A stretch of 29,752 bases of DNA from Macrostomum lignano (Eukaryota). Made by a program: the position numbers and the translations under genes. The notes under the pieces are model-generated. The model did not search any database, was not told the DNA's origin, and saw only the letters and a list, made by a program, of their open reading frames with translations. The stretch lies in contig NIVC01001038.1 of NCBI GenBank assembly GCA_002269645.1, positions 1-29,752 on the forward strand, given 5' to 3'. Positions 1 through 11,630 of this stretch are shown here, piece after piece. Position 1 is the stretch's first letter; every line of letters begins with the position of its first letter.

Positions 1-231
1 CGACATAGGTAAATCTGATGAAGCGGGCAGTTAATCAAGATAATTGCAGAGCAAGCAGGTCTGCACACTGTTTGAACTGCTCTCCACGCTACTCGTACAA
101 CTATAGGCTTTGCCTGCGCTGATTGGGCATCCATATGCGTGTAGCTGCACTGCTTGACTTTCAACTGGCCAAACTGTACCAGACATACTAAAATTAATGC
201 TAAACTAATGACCCAGGTAATGCAATATCCG

Positions 232-1324
232 GTGAGCTACTGACAGTGAGCAGTGAGCTACTGACAGTGAGCAGTGAGCTACTGACAGTGAGCAGTGAGC
301 TACTGACAGTGAGCAGTGAGCTACTGACAGTGAGCAGTGAAGCTACTGACAGTGAGCAGTGAGCTACTGACAGTGAGCAGTGAGCTACTGACAGTGAGCA
401 GTGAGCTACTGACAGTGAGCAGTGAGCTACTGACAGTGAGCAGTGAGCTACTGACAGTGAGCAGTGAGCTACTGACAGTGAGCAGTGAGCTACTGACAGT
501 GAGCAGTGAGCTACTGACAGTGAGCAGTGAGCTACTGACAGTGAGCAGTGAGCTACTGACAGTGAGCAGTGAGCTACTGACAGTGAGCAGTGAGCTACTG
601 ACAGTGAGCAGTGAGCTAATGACAGTGAGCAGTGAGCTACTGACAGTGAGCAGTGAGCTACTGACAGTGAGCAGTGAGCTACTGACAGTGAGCAGTGAGC
701 TACTGACAGTGAGCAGTGAGCTACTGACAGTGAGCAGTGAGCTACTGACAGTGAGCAGTGAGCTACTGACAGTGAGCAGTGAGCTACTGACAGTGAGCAG
801 TGAGCTACTGACAGTGAGCAGTGAGCTACTGACAGTGAGCAGTGAGCTACTGACAGTGAGCAGTGAGCTACTGACAGTGAGCAGTGAGCTACTGACAGTG
901 AGCAGTGAGCTACTGACAGTGAGCAGTGAGCTACTGACAGTGAGCAATGAGCTACTGACAGTGAGCAATGAGCTACTGACAGTGAGCAATGAGCTACTGA
1001 CAGTGAGCAATGAGCTACTGACAGTGAGCAATGAGCTACTGACAGTGAGCAATGAGCTACTGACAGTGAGCAGTGAGCTACTGACAGTGAGCAGTGAGCT
1101 ACTGACAGTGAGCAGTGAGCTACTGACAGTGAGCAGTGAGCTACTGACAGTGAGCAGTGAGCAGTGAGCAGTGAGCTACTGACAGTGAGCAGTGAGCAGT
1201 GAGCTACTGACAGTGAGCAGTGAGCTACTGACAGTGAGCAGTGAGCAGTGAGCTACTGACAGTGAGCAGTGAGGTACTGACAGTGAGCAGTGAGCAGTGA
1301 GCTACTGACAGTGAGCAATGAGCT
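232..1324. repeat. 21-bp minisatellite (GAGCTACTGACAGTGAGCAGT)n, about 52 copies
   Basis: Directly visible. Variants include AAT for AGT at about 945-1055, 7-bp GAGCAGT insertions after 1150 and a 1-nt insertion near 340. Explains the LLTVSSE/LLTVSSS ORFs. Confidence 0.98.
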
Positions 1325-1867
1325 TCTAGCTGCAAGTGACACAAAAGCAGCTAGTAAAAATATGGCAGGAGGCAAAATATTCCAATTGCTCATCCAACAC
1401 GCAAAGCTGTAAAACAGTTTTTTTGCATCTCAATCGCCGGGATAACCCACATCTGCGCGGTCCCCTTGGCCCTGAATTTACACGCGACTGTAAAACAGGG
1501 CTCTATCGTATTTGCTGCATACACACTGCTATGCTGGAGCTTATGCAAAATAGAAATGGCCGTATCGAATCTGCAGGATGGCATTAAAACCTGCCTGTGC
1601 TCAGCGTGAGCTATACCACAGTGCATTATTACTTAGTATATCCTATATGTCTTCAGTAAAGCATTGGTAACATAAACTTTGGGTCGTGCGAGGCAAAGGC
1701 ACATAAAATAGTCAACTTACGATTGCCTCTTGCCTGAGAAAGGCTTTTGTAGAGTCCGATAGCGTCTAGAGCTGAACTTTTCAAGTCGTTTCCTTTGCTA
1801 AGAGAGCTAGTTGAAAAGTTAGGACCCAACGGTTTAAAAGTGCCAAGTGATTTATGGAGCTTAATTA

Positions 1868-2472
1868 GCTGGCTGATGTGCATTTCGATTGGAGCTCAAT
1901 AGTCTATGGCCTCATTTTAGCTGCCTGATGTGCATTTCGATTGGAGCTCAATAGTCTATGGCCTCATTTTAGCTGCCTGATGTGCATTTTGATTGGAGCT
2001 CAATAGTCTATGGCCTCATTTTAGCTGCCTGATGTGCATTTTGATTGGAGCTCAATAGTGTATGGCGTCATGTTAGCTGCCTGATGTGCATTTTGATTGG
2101 AGCTCAAAAGTCTATGGCCTCATTTTAGCTGCCTGATGTGCATTTTGATTGGAGCTCAATAGTCTATGGCCTCATTTTAGCTGCCTGATGTGCATTTTGA
2201 TTGGAGCTCAATAGTCTATGGCCTTATGTTAGCTGCCTGATGTGCATTTTGATTGGAGCTCAATAGTCTATGGCCTTATGTTAGCTGCCTGATGTGCATT
2301 TTGATTGGAGCTCAATAGTCTATGGCCTTATGTTAGCTGCCTGATGTGCATTTTGATTGGAGCTCAATAGTCTATGGCCTCATGTTAGCTGTCTGATGTG
2401 CATTTTGATTGGAGCTTAATAGTCTATGGTCTCATGTTAGCTGTCGGATGTTCATTTGGGTTGGGGCTCAAT
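1868..2472. repeat. 52-bp minisatellite (GCTGCCTGATGTGCATTTTGATTGGAGCTCAATAGTCTATGGCCTCATTTTA)n, about 11.5 copies
   Basis: Unit starts at 1868 and 1920 (period 52); degenerates at the right end. Confidence 0.97.
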
Positions 2473-3170
2473 GGCCTTTGACTTTGGCCATTTTAAAATA
2501 TTGTTCAAAACGCGTCCGTGAACGGACAGACAAAATCCGTCCGTGAACATTTGCTGTACTATCCAGGTTATTCATCTAATTACCTTCCCGAGACGAGGAG
2601 TGGACATTTAAGAGGGGTTCGAATTCCTTGGGTTGGAAGACGTGGCGGAGTCGGTGAAGAGGAGTGGGACAGACAGGGGGAAAGTCTGTCTGAGTGGGTT
2701 CAGATAGAGCTTCATTGGGAGTCTGGTTTCGAATTTCAGTGGAGCAGTCAGTGGCTGCAGAAACGAAGTTGGATTTTTCTCTGCATTTTCCTCTCGCTGC
2801 TGAATCTCAGATTGCCAAGGAAATCTTCTCGATTTTTTTAGTTTGTCTGATCGAGTTCTATTTGAGTAAACCAATCGAAAATATGTACTTCTTATTGCGC
2901 ACTTTTATCGAACTATAGATGTTGACTGAACATTCGGTCAGAGGCTGAGGAGAGCCTCTTAAATAATAAGCTGGGTTTGTTGAGCATTTGTTGAGCAAGC
3001 TGGTCAAATCTAAACAGTTCAAAAGTTGTTTCATTTAGCAAAAAATCTAATTATACTACTTATTAAGTCAAAAGTTTAAAATCTATTGTGAAAAGAGTAT
3101 AACTGCCTAATCTTTTAAATGCAGTCTATGCCTGACAAAGTGAAATTCGCCCGCATCCACCGCGCCGCAG

Positions 3171-4015
3171 GTTCATCGCAGTGACGCAGCCAATCAAGTA
3201 CTCGAAGCACAAAAACTCGAAACGGACGCGCTTCACCATCGCGGCCACCTGGCTCCTGTCCATCGCCATCGCCTTGCCGATCGGCTGCGGCCTGCAGAAC
3301 CTCAACGGCATTCGCAACCGGCCCATGTTCAAGGACACGTGCACCTTTTTCCACGGAGACTTCCTGATCTACTCCAGCCTAGGCAGCTTCTACATCCCCT
3401 GCTTCGTCATGCTGGTGCTGTACTACCGCATCTTCAAGGTCATCTGGCAGAGAGCCAGACGGGCCGCGGCGGGCAAGCGCGGCAAGATCTACCAGAACCA
3501 GAAGGTGGCCGCCGACGAGGACAACGACACGGACGGGCTGGATCCGGGTGGCGCCAAGCAGTCGGCGGCGCCAGCCAAGAAGGCGCTGCTGCTGGTCCGC
3601 GCCAATCCGAAGCGGCCGAACAACCTCAGCGTCAGCGTCAGCCGCGGCGAACCGCGTCGCAGCCCGTCCGGCGTCGTTGATCTTGAAGGCGACGACGATT
3701 TCACCTTGTCGACAAATAACTCGGCACCGCTAAACGAGAGCATGAACTTCGCCGGACCGTCGACCTCCGACAACAGCGGGGCCCAGAGCGACGCTTGCGA
3801 GACCCGCCTGACGGAGGGCCCGGCCGGCAAGAAGCAGCAGAAGCATCAGAAGCAGCAGAAGCAGCAGAAGCAGCAGCCGCAGCAGCAGCAGCCGCAGCAG
3901 CAGCTCTTCCGCATGAAGATCAAAAAGAAGAAGCGAAAGTCGGCCGGCACGAAGGCCGAGAGGTCGGCGGCGCGGTTGGAAAAGAAGGCAACAAAAACGC
4001 TGGCGATTGTGCTGG
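3171..4015 (+). CDS. Dop2R: D2-like dopamine receptor (class A GPCR), internal exon: end of TM3 (R|FIAVTQPIKY), TM4, TM5, long ICL3, start of TM6
   Basis: Acceptor ccgcag|G at 3170 (phase 2) and donor G|gtgag at 4016 (phase 1). RFIAVTQPIKYSKHKNS closely matches insect Dop2R RYIAVTQPIKYAKHKNS from memory. TM5 FLIYSSLGSFYIP carries the catechol-binding serine pattern. EKKATKTLAIVLG precedes TM6. The track ORF 3181-4119 reads through the donor. Confidence 0.9.
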
Positions 4016-4650
4016 GTGAGAGAGCGGGCGGTTGCTGGGCGGGTGGCACCAGTAAGCCAGCTAACCGATTGCATTCCCCGATGAAGTGTATTAAAAAGGC
4101 GAATTCCGTGTCAACTTAGAGCTTACATGTACTGCTACAATGGAAACTGTCACGGGGCAGAGCAGCTCAGCTGAGAAGTGTCTGACTCTCGCCCCATGAC
4201 CCTTGGCTTGATTTCGTTTGCGGCCGCATTCGTTTATGGCTCGTGGGCACGGAAGGGACACAGAGTGTACATGCCTGACGATTAGAGAGTCAAAGGGCTG
4301 CAGTACACCCTGTGTGAGCGTGTGTGAGTGCGTGCCTGCTTACAGTATTGGCGCGCTTGTATGTGCTCAGGACTCAGCGGAATGGGCTGAGTTGCCCCAG
4401 CGCTGGCTGAAGGACAATGTCGGCGAAGGCGTTGCGCCAGACAGCCCAGAATCATCCTGCAAAAGTTCATGTCTATTCAACATCTTGAAGCTGTCTTCAA
4501 AGATCCAAAGTGGAATTTTGTTGATAGCCTAAGCGGCCACTGAAAGACCGAGAGAGGGACCTGGGCCGCACGTCTGCCCGTCCTCTCTCCAGCCGACTGG
4601 TCTCAGCGACAAATTTGCAACGGACAGCTTAGCCGCAGTGATTGCGCGGG

Positions 4651-4819
4651 GCATCTGAAGGCTGCGTACGGCTGTTCAGTCCTGGTTGGGACTGGGGGGG
4701 GGGTCGCCACACACACCCTCAATTACCCCAGCTAATGCTGGCAAATTGTCCCTGTGGGATCGGGAATCGAACCCCCGACCTTTCAGTCGTGAGTCCGACG
4801 CTCTGACCACTAGGCTACA
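4651..4819 (-). mobile_element. tRNA-derived SINE, copy A (internally deleted)
   Basis: Minus strand reads TGTAGCCTAGTGG (Pol III A box) ... GGTTCGATTCC (B box), then GCCAGCATTAGCTGGGGTAATTGAGG...GGACTGAACAGCCGTACGCAGCCTTCAGATGC, nearly identical to 24592-24807. Confidence 0.85.
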
Positions 4820-5431
4820 GGTTATTGAAGTGCACTCAGCAACATTGAAAAGTGTCCACCCTTGCGCGAAGGGTCCATGGGCAAGCGCGATCGATGGTTT
4901 CACCGCTTGGTTTTGGGCCATAGACAATCTAGCAAAAAGGGCAGGAAAGTCGAGTCACAGGGAGAGGCGAAGAGGGTGTACCCGAGTTTACTGGAGGCAT
5001 CTGAGTACGCAGACGGCAACGATAGTCCGTGAAAGTGGAAACTTTCAACTGTTGCTGCTCCAAGAGACTCTTGTTTAGCGTTTTGCAAGGCAAAGTTTAG
5101 AATACGGACACCTTGAAATTAGCTTGAAATAGGCAGAAGTCGATGCTCAGTTATAACTATGCAAGTTTGTCTGATAGCTTGTAAAATAGCTTCCTTCCAA
5201 CTGACGCACTTATCAGTTTATTGTCTGAATTTTTGTACTGATCATTTTTCTCCGGAATCAACTGGCACTGCAGTCTGCGGTGAGTAGCCCCGCCTCTGCC
5301 TTTTTTAAGTTCGTTTGAGTTCCTTAGCTTGACAGGGGTGCTTACCGTGAAGGAATGTCTTTCACTGGCACCATCCCTGACTGAGCTATCTGTCTCAATT
5401 TGATGTTTTACTCGCACAGTCCGAGTCTCCT

Positions 5432-6027
5432 GTCTGTGTGACAGCCTCAACCACTCACACAGCCTCAGACTCCTGTCTGTGTGACAGCCTCATCCACACT
5501 CACACAGCCTCAGACTCCTGTCTGTGTGACAGCCTCATCCACACTCACACAGCCTCAGACTCCTGTCTGTGTGACAGCCTCACCCACACTCACACAGCCT
5601 CAGACTCCTGTCTGTATGACAGCCTCATCCACTCACACAGCCTCAGACTCCTGTCTGTGTGACAATCTGATTCACAGCCTCAGTCTCATGTCTGTATGAC
5701 AGCCTCATCCACTAACACAGCCTCAGACTCCTGTCTGTGTGACAATCTGATTCACAGCCTCAGTCTCATGTCTGTATGACAGCCTCATCCACTAACACAG
5801 CCTCAGACTCCTGTCTGTGTGACAATCTGATTCACAGCCTCAGTCTCATGTCTGTATGACAGCCTCATCCACTAACACAGCCTCAGACTCCTGTCTGTGT
5901 GACAATCTGATTCACAGCCTCAGTCTCCTGTCTGTATGACAGCCTCACCCACACTCACACAGCCTCATACTCCTGTCTGTGTGACGGCCTCACACACACA
6001 CACAGCTCGAGTCTCCAGTCTGTGTGA
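5432..6027. repeat. 43-45 bp minisatellite (CACAGCCTCAGACTCCTGTCTGTGTGACAGCCTCATCCACACTCA) with an 80-bp (37+43) higher-order segment
   Basis: Period 45 at 5461/5506; marker GACAATCTGA at 5661, 5741, 5821 and 5901. Confidence 0.95.
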
Positions 6028-6437
6028 CTCTCTAAGAACAATTGTTTCATAATCTTACGCTATAATTTTGAGTTGTCTTATCCTTAATTTGATGACTCAA
6101 TCTGTGATGCTTCCTTTTTTCTGTTGAAACTGAAGCCCCATCATTCCTGGTTGATTGACCAGCTGTCTGTAAATGCGACAGTTTCTCAGCTTGACATTAT
6201 TTATTAGAATTATAAAATTAAATAACTAAAATTGCATTCCAAGAGTATATATACAATGAAGGTGTTCCCATTCCGCTTTCCTTACCATTGTGTTTCTCTG
6301 TCCGTTGCCTTATTTTTACTTTCTCATATTTAAAGTACGATTAAGACTACTATTTTGCACTTATACACTGTTTTGTCGGGAATAGCGCCATGGGATACAA
6401 AACAAATGCAGAGCATGGGCTGCTGAAGTAAAAGAAC

Positions 6438-6670
6438 GCTACACCCGACTTTCTTAGAAATGAGCTGTAAGGAACATGTACTTGTCCGTATCACCAGTGC
6501 ATTTAATAATGCTCTCGAAAAATTGATGCTTTATTAGCGACCGAATTTGTCTATGGCAAAACCCCATCCAGCGCTATGCGCTCCCTAAAGCATACAAAAT
6601 GCGCTAGCAATACGACAAGTATGCGCTCCGTACCGGCCTCCAGTTCATTTCTTAGAAAATCGTGTGTTGC
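6438..6670. mobile_element. Imperfect foldback / MITE-like inverted repeat
   Basis: 6438-6467 matches the reverse complement of 6641-6670 at 25/30. Similarity continues inward with one 8-nt indel to about 6515/6587. No TSD identified. Confidence 0.5.
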
Positions 6671-6763
6671 ATCTTTTTCCAATGGTGGCTCTGGGTGCGC
6701 CGCTAAATCGATTGAAAAAGATGACAAAAGTGCTGCATTATTCGATCCAACCACAATCTTCAG

Positions 6764-6996
6764 GCGTGTTTCTCCTATGCTGGCTGCCATTCTTCATCTC
6801 GAACCTCATGTGGGCCGCCTGCCTGAAGAACATCGACGAGGAGCTGTTCAAGAGCCCGCTATGCAGCTACGACAGGAGAATCTCGGTGTTCATAGTCTGG
6901 CTTGGCTACGTGAACAGCACTCTCAACCCGCTCATTTATACCATATTCAACAATGAGTTCCGAAAGGCCTTCAAAAAGTTGCTGCACATCACCTGA
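6764..6996 (+). CDS. Dop2R: D2-like dopamine receptor, last coding exon: TM6, ECL3, TM7, helix 8
   Basis: Acceptor cttcag|GC completes Gly (IVLG|VF). Contains [38 protein letters not shown] and TGA at 6994-6996. Confidence 0.92.
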
Positions 6997-7052
6997 CCTA
7001 ATTAGCAGAGGGGATGAATTGAATTGAGAAGACCTCGCGCGTGTACTCGGGG

Positions 7053-7058
7053 AATAAA
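7053..7058 (+). promoter_or_regulatory. Candidate polyadenylation signal AATAAA of the receptor gene
   Basis: First AATAAA after the stop codon; later ones exist (e.g. about 7623), so usage is unknown. Confidence 0.3.
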
Positions 7059-10000
7059 CGACTTTGTGACACGCTACTTATTTACATTAATGTGGACGCT
7101 TTAGTACGTACATTCGGCTCATGCTTCTATTAATCGGATCTATCCCTGCTGCAGCTGCTGGCTAGGCTGGCTAACCAATCACGGTTATTCAGTGGCGAGT
7201 CAACCCGTAGTCTTTAGAGCCTCCTTGTCCGATCGGGCAGCGCTGCTTTGCTCCATAACTAACGCTCGCAGTTCACCGCTCTGTCCAAAATAGTCCGCTA
7301 TAAGCTATGCTTTCGTTTACCTGTACCTGCTCTTGGTACACGTTATTGCAGACTTAATGTCGTACTTCGCATTGCAACACTTCCATACTCTAATTTGCAC
7401 TGAATTCTTTGAAGCTTATCATGTCTGCGTATTTTTATCCATGAGATCCCAGATAGTGATCTTTACTCAGCTCCTACATGTAGCGATTATAGCTCGTAGG
7501 TTCATTCTCTTTTTCTCGGGCTACAACTGTCGGATATTTGAGCACAATTACATATTCACGCTGACCATCGATCTTTGTTAACTGTCCATTTTTTTTATTT
7601 TTAATTTATGAAATTAAGGTCAAAATAAAGGCATATATAGAGAACATGGATATTGCCAGCACAGCTCTGTTTAATATTAAAATAAGATCGACTTAAACTT
7701 ACAGTTTGAATCATTTGAATTTATGAAAAAATTTCTTGCAAATAGTCATTGTTAGTTAATAACGACAACGAAATGCGATTTTTATTTGTTTGGACTATTG
7801 AGGACTACCGACCATGGAACTGCGTACACATGCATGCAGTACGGCGACTGATTTATACTGTACAATACTACTATTGTACTATCGTCACTGGGATGGCTTC
7901 TAAGCCGTACACACAAGAAAGGAAAAAATGGTGGTCTAAATCATGCCATATACGTATAATAGGCATTATTAGTTGAGAACTCAGAAATTTTGAGTATGGA
8001 ATGTACATTCAAATTAATCAGTTACAAGTACACAAGTATGGAAGCCCCAGAATCACTACAAGGTTAGCGACGAATTTATACAAATTGCTGGGTACACTTG
8101 CGCTACATAACATTTCAAGAGGTTGTACTCTTGAAGAGGTTGCATTATAGCATATGGCACAGTTAAATTCTTACTTTTTCAGGTCTTTTTGCATTAACTT
8201 GCTTTTAGAAACTTCCACTACAGTAGATTGGCAAAAAATTGACATTCTCTAGTAAATTCAATAGATATATGGAAAAAGACGACCAAGATTTTTATGATGA
8301 CAAATTGATGAAAGACGATTAATATGCAGATTTGTAGTCAATAGGTTCGTTCAAAAAGTTATTCTAGTTCTAAAATTTGTTGTGGCTTTTAATTCAAACA
8401 CATTTTTGTTCCCTTTAACATCCATGTTCAAGTTGCTCGCGTGGTAACACCGTATTTTCGGATAATAAACTTTTCTCGACAAATGAAACCGTCTTCAATT
8501 TATATAAATGGCTTTCGTATCTAAAATCTGATCCTTTATCCTCATAACCAAAAAGTCTTTTTTGTCTCTATTTTATTTTGTTTTACTAGTCGTGAACTAA
8601 TAAAAATAATGAGTTTAACTTTGATCGCTATTTATCGTAAGCCAACGTTCTGCCCACTTGAATGGTGAGCCTACGAAGATTTAAGAAGTATAAATAACCC
8701 ATTGTTGTGAATAATCGCGTCATGTATATTTGTTGAAAAATTCAGTATCTCTATAGGTTTTGCAGATCCTTATGAATCCAGCGAAAGTTGGAGAAAAGCA
8801 GATAAAAATGAACTACTGAAGTAAAAAGTGAGGTAAGAAATCTTAATAAAAATGGGCTTAGTATTATCATTAATTTGTCTTAAATTACATTAACTAAATA
8901 TAGCCTTTCACTTCGAAGAAGTCTAGATGATTCTTATAAACATTTATATTGCTTCAAAAAGTATTCATGTGCAGCTTAACTCAAAGTTAAAAATTTTTTT
9001 GAGATCTTTGGTCCATTTATTTATACGCTCGTAGATTAAAAAATCTCTTTAAAAAGTTTAAAAAAATAGATCTAGAGGTCTTGATAATGGATATTTAGTT
9101 ATTTTACTTTTTGTCCTAAATAAATTGTATAATTATACATATAAAATATGAAAAATTGAGAACATATAAAAGAGTCCTTTATCAGGGAATAATAAAAACT
9201 GTGATAAAATAGCAAAGGAGCTAGAGTTTTTAGCTAAAGATATTTTATTTAAAAGAAATGTAAAACAGTAAATGTATTTTTAGTGTATGCATTTTTCTGC
9301 TATTGATCCTTAAGGTATTTTTAAGTTATTATAAATCCAGTCAGAGTTACTAAAGTTTTTATTAATGCAATGCTTTTGCTTTTTATTCTGTTTATTTTAT
9401 AAACTGTCTTTATTTTCTTTCTCGCGTTTCATATTATTTCGCATATTAATCAAAGCTGAAAAAACTATGAGGATATTAATATATGCAATTACATAAACAA
9501 GTAACAACGATTCATTAATACTCGTAACTAACGGTTTTTGCAAAAAAGACCTCATCACATTAATGGCTTCAAAACAACACTGCAATTAGCTAAACCACTC
9601 AGAAATCTCTATTCAGTTCACTTCCTGAACCCCCCAGATCCACAAGATCCCGCCTTCCTGTCCTTTGTCCGGCAGCAATTTTCTGTTCGGCTCTGAGCTC
9701 AAGTTCTGTCCGAGCTGCCGCATCCTTCCCACTTCTGCATCGCTTGGCCTCCGCCTGTTCCGCATGCAGGAAGTTTCTAAGAAAGTCAGTCACACCGCAC
9801 CCCCGGGGGACAGCCCCCAGCTGGTGTAGGTCGGACATATCCATGCCCCATCGACCACAATGTCAGTCTCCGCTGCCGTTCTGCTTACATATTTAATTGG
9901 GGAGCACTTCTGTCTTGGGCAAGCCTGCTTCTAGATTGAGGTCTGCAAGGCGAAAGGTTCAGTTAAAGTAAGTCAGGCTGTCACACCAGGGAACACACAG

Positions 10001-10084
10001 TTTACAGATACTGCACTCAAGTCGCTTCTTATTTCCTTTGTTCCTGGTCGGTCATTACGCATTTTACTGTATTCTCATCTCGTG

Positions 10085-10250
10085 GGTCATCTACCAAGCA
10101 CTGTATTCACATGAGTCATTTCCCACTATATTCACATGGGTCATCTCCCACTGTATTCACATGGGTCATCTCCCACTGTATTCACATGGGTCATCTACCA
10201 CGCACTGTATTCACATGAGTCATCTCCCACTGTATTCACATGGGTCATCC
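10085..10250. repeat. 25-bp minisatellite (TATTCACATGGGTCATCTCCCACTG)n, about 6 copies
   Basis: Directly visible. Confidence 0.9.
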
Positions 10251-10399
10251 GCCTGATGAGTCATTGTCACTAATTGACGCGTTCACTGGTTAATCAGAAG
10301 GACCAGAACTCAGATTTTCTGATAGTCTCACAAGAATATTGCCAACCTGTCACGCACAGGGAGCCGCTCCGATAGCAGTACAACAGACTGTCGACCCAA

Positions 10400-10790
10400 A
10401 TGACTCAGTGGTCGACCGGTCTGACTGACAGGGAGGTCTCCGACTTCATGTCAACGCCTGCGGCAGGCGGCAGTAGCGGAGGATTCACCTGTGCTCCGCC
10501 GCCGTTACTGACTCACCCTCTGGCGGGCCTCTGCGGCCTCGCCGATATTCCGTTAGACGCTGACGAAACCGACGAGCTCGAGCAGCAAGTCGACGGGGAT
10601 GAAAACGACGAGGTTGTCGGAGCTCAGGCTGCCGGCGCCACTCCGGATGAAGGGGCTGCGGCGGCCACGGCTGGCTTGGCGCAGGACATCGCCTGCGACA
10701 TCGCCGAGATCCGGGCCGCTCTGGCTGTCGGCGGCGGGGGCATCGGCAGAGTCGGTTGCTATGGAAACAGAGACAAGGCGGAGAATAATG
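10400..10790 (+). CDS. APBA1: X11/Mint/APBA (LIN-10) putative first coding exon, acidic low-complexity N-terminus
   Basis: caaaATG with an in-frame upstream TAG at 10373. GC-rich open frame ending in donor G|gttagt at 10791 (phase 1), compatible with the next exon. No conserved domain; assigned by phase continuity. Confidence 0.65.
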
Positions 10791-10812
10791 GTTAGTACGA
10801 GCTATAAAATTA

Positions 10813-11630
10813 GGACTTGAGGGTGTAGAGAGCTGGGACTTGAGGGTACAGAGAGCTGGGACTTGAGGGTACAGAGAGCTGGGACTTAAGGGTGTAGAGA
10901 GCTGGGACTTGAGGGTGTAGAGAGCTGGGACTTAAGGGTGTAGAGAGCTGGGACTTGAGGGTGTAGAGAACTGGAAGTTGAGGTTGTAAAGAGCTGGAAG
11001 TTGAGGTTGTAGAGAGTTGGGACTTGAGGTTGTAGAGAGCTGGGGCTTGAGGGTGTAGAGAGCTGGGACTTGAGGGTGTAGAGAGCTGGGACTTGAGGGT
11101 GTAGAGAGCTGGGACTTGAGGGTGTAGAGAGCTGGGACTTGAGGGTACAGAGAGCTGGGACTTGAGGGTACAGAGAGCTGGGACTTAAGGGTGTAGAGAG
11201 CTGGGACTTGAGGGTGTAGAGAGCTGGGACTTGAGGGTGTAGAGAGCTGGGACTTGAGGGTGTAGAGAGCTGGGACTTGAGGGTGTAGAGAGCTGGGACT
11301 TGAGGGTACAGAGAGCTGGGACTTGAGGGTACAGAGAGCTGGGACTTAAGGGTGTAGAGAGCTGGGACTTGAGGGTACAGAGAGCTGGGACTTGAGGGTA
11401 CAGAGAGCTGGGACTTAAGGGTGTAGAGAGCTGGGACTTGAGGGTGTAGAGAGCTGGGACTTAAGGGTGTAGAGAGCTGGGACTTAAGGGTGTAGAGAGC
11501 TGGGACTTGAGGGTGTAGAGAGCTGGGACTTGAGGGTGTAGAGAGCTGGGACTTGAGGGTACAGAGAGCTGGGACTTGAGGGTATAGAGAGCTGGGACTT
11601 GAGGGTGTAGAGATCTGGGACTTAAAGGTA
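10813..11630. repeat. 23-bp G-rich minisatellite (GGACTTGAGGGTGTAGAGAGCTG)n, about 35 copies
   Basis: Directly visible; starts about 22 nt after the donor. Confidence 0.97.

Noticed and set aside
1-222. CAG|GTAATG donor at 217 as the end of the receptor's TM3 exon
   Set aside because: Upstream sequence does not encode TM3 (no D-x-x-x-C or SID-R) and has stops; the real exon must be outside the window.
321-1167. Long ORFs on both strands (LLTVSSE / LLTVSSS repeats)
   Set aside because: Translation of a stop-free 21-bp satellite; no splice or domain support.
6976-6996. Receptor C-terminus as a ligand for the neighbouring X11 PDZ domains
   Set aside because: It ends in -HIT with a polar terminal residue, not a canonical PDZ-binding motif.
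8150-9590. AT-rich intergenic block as a DNA transposon
   Set aside because: No paired terminal repeats or transposase similarity that I could detect.
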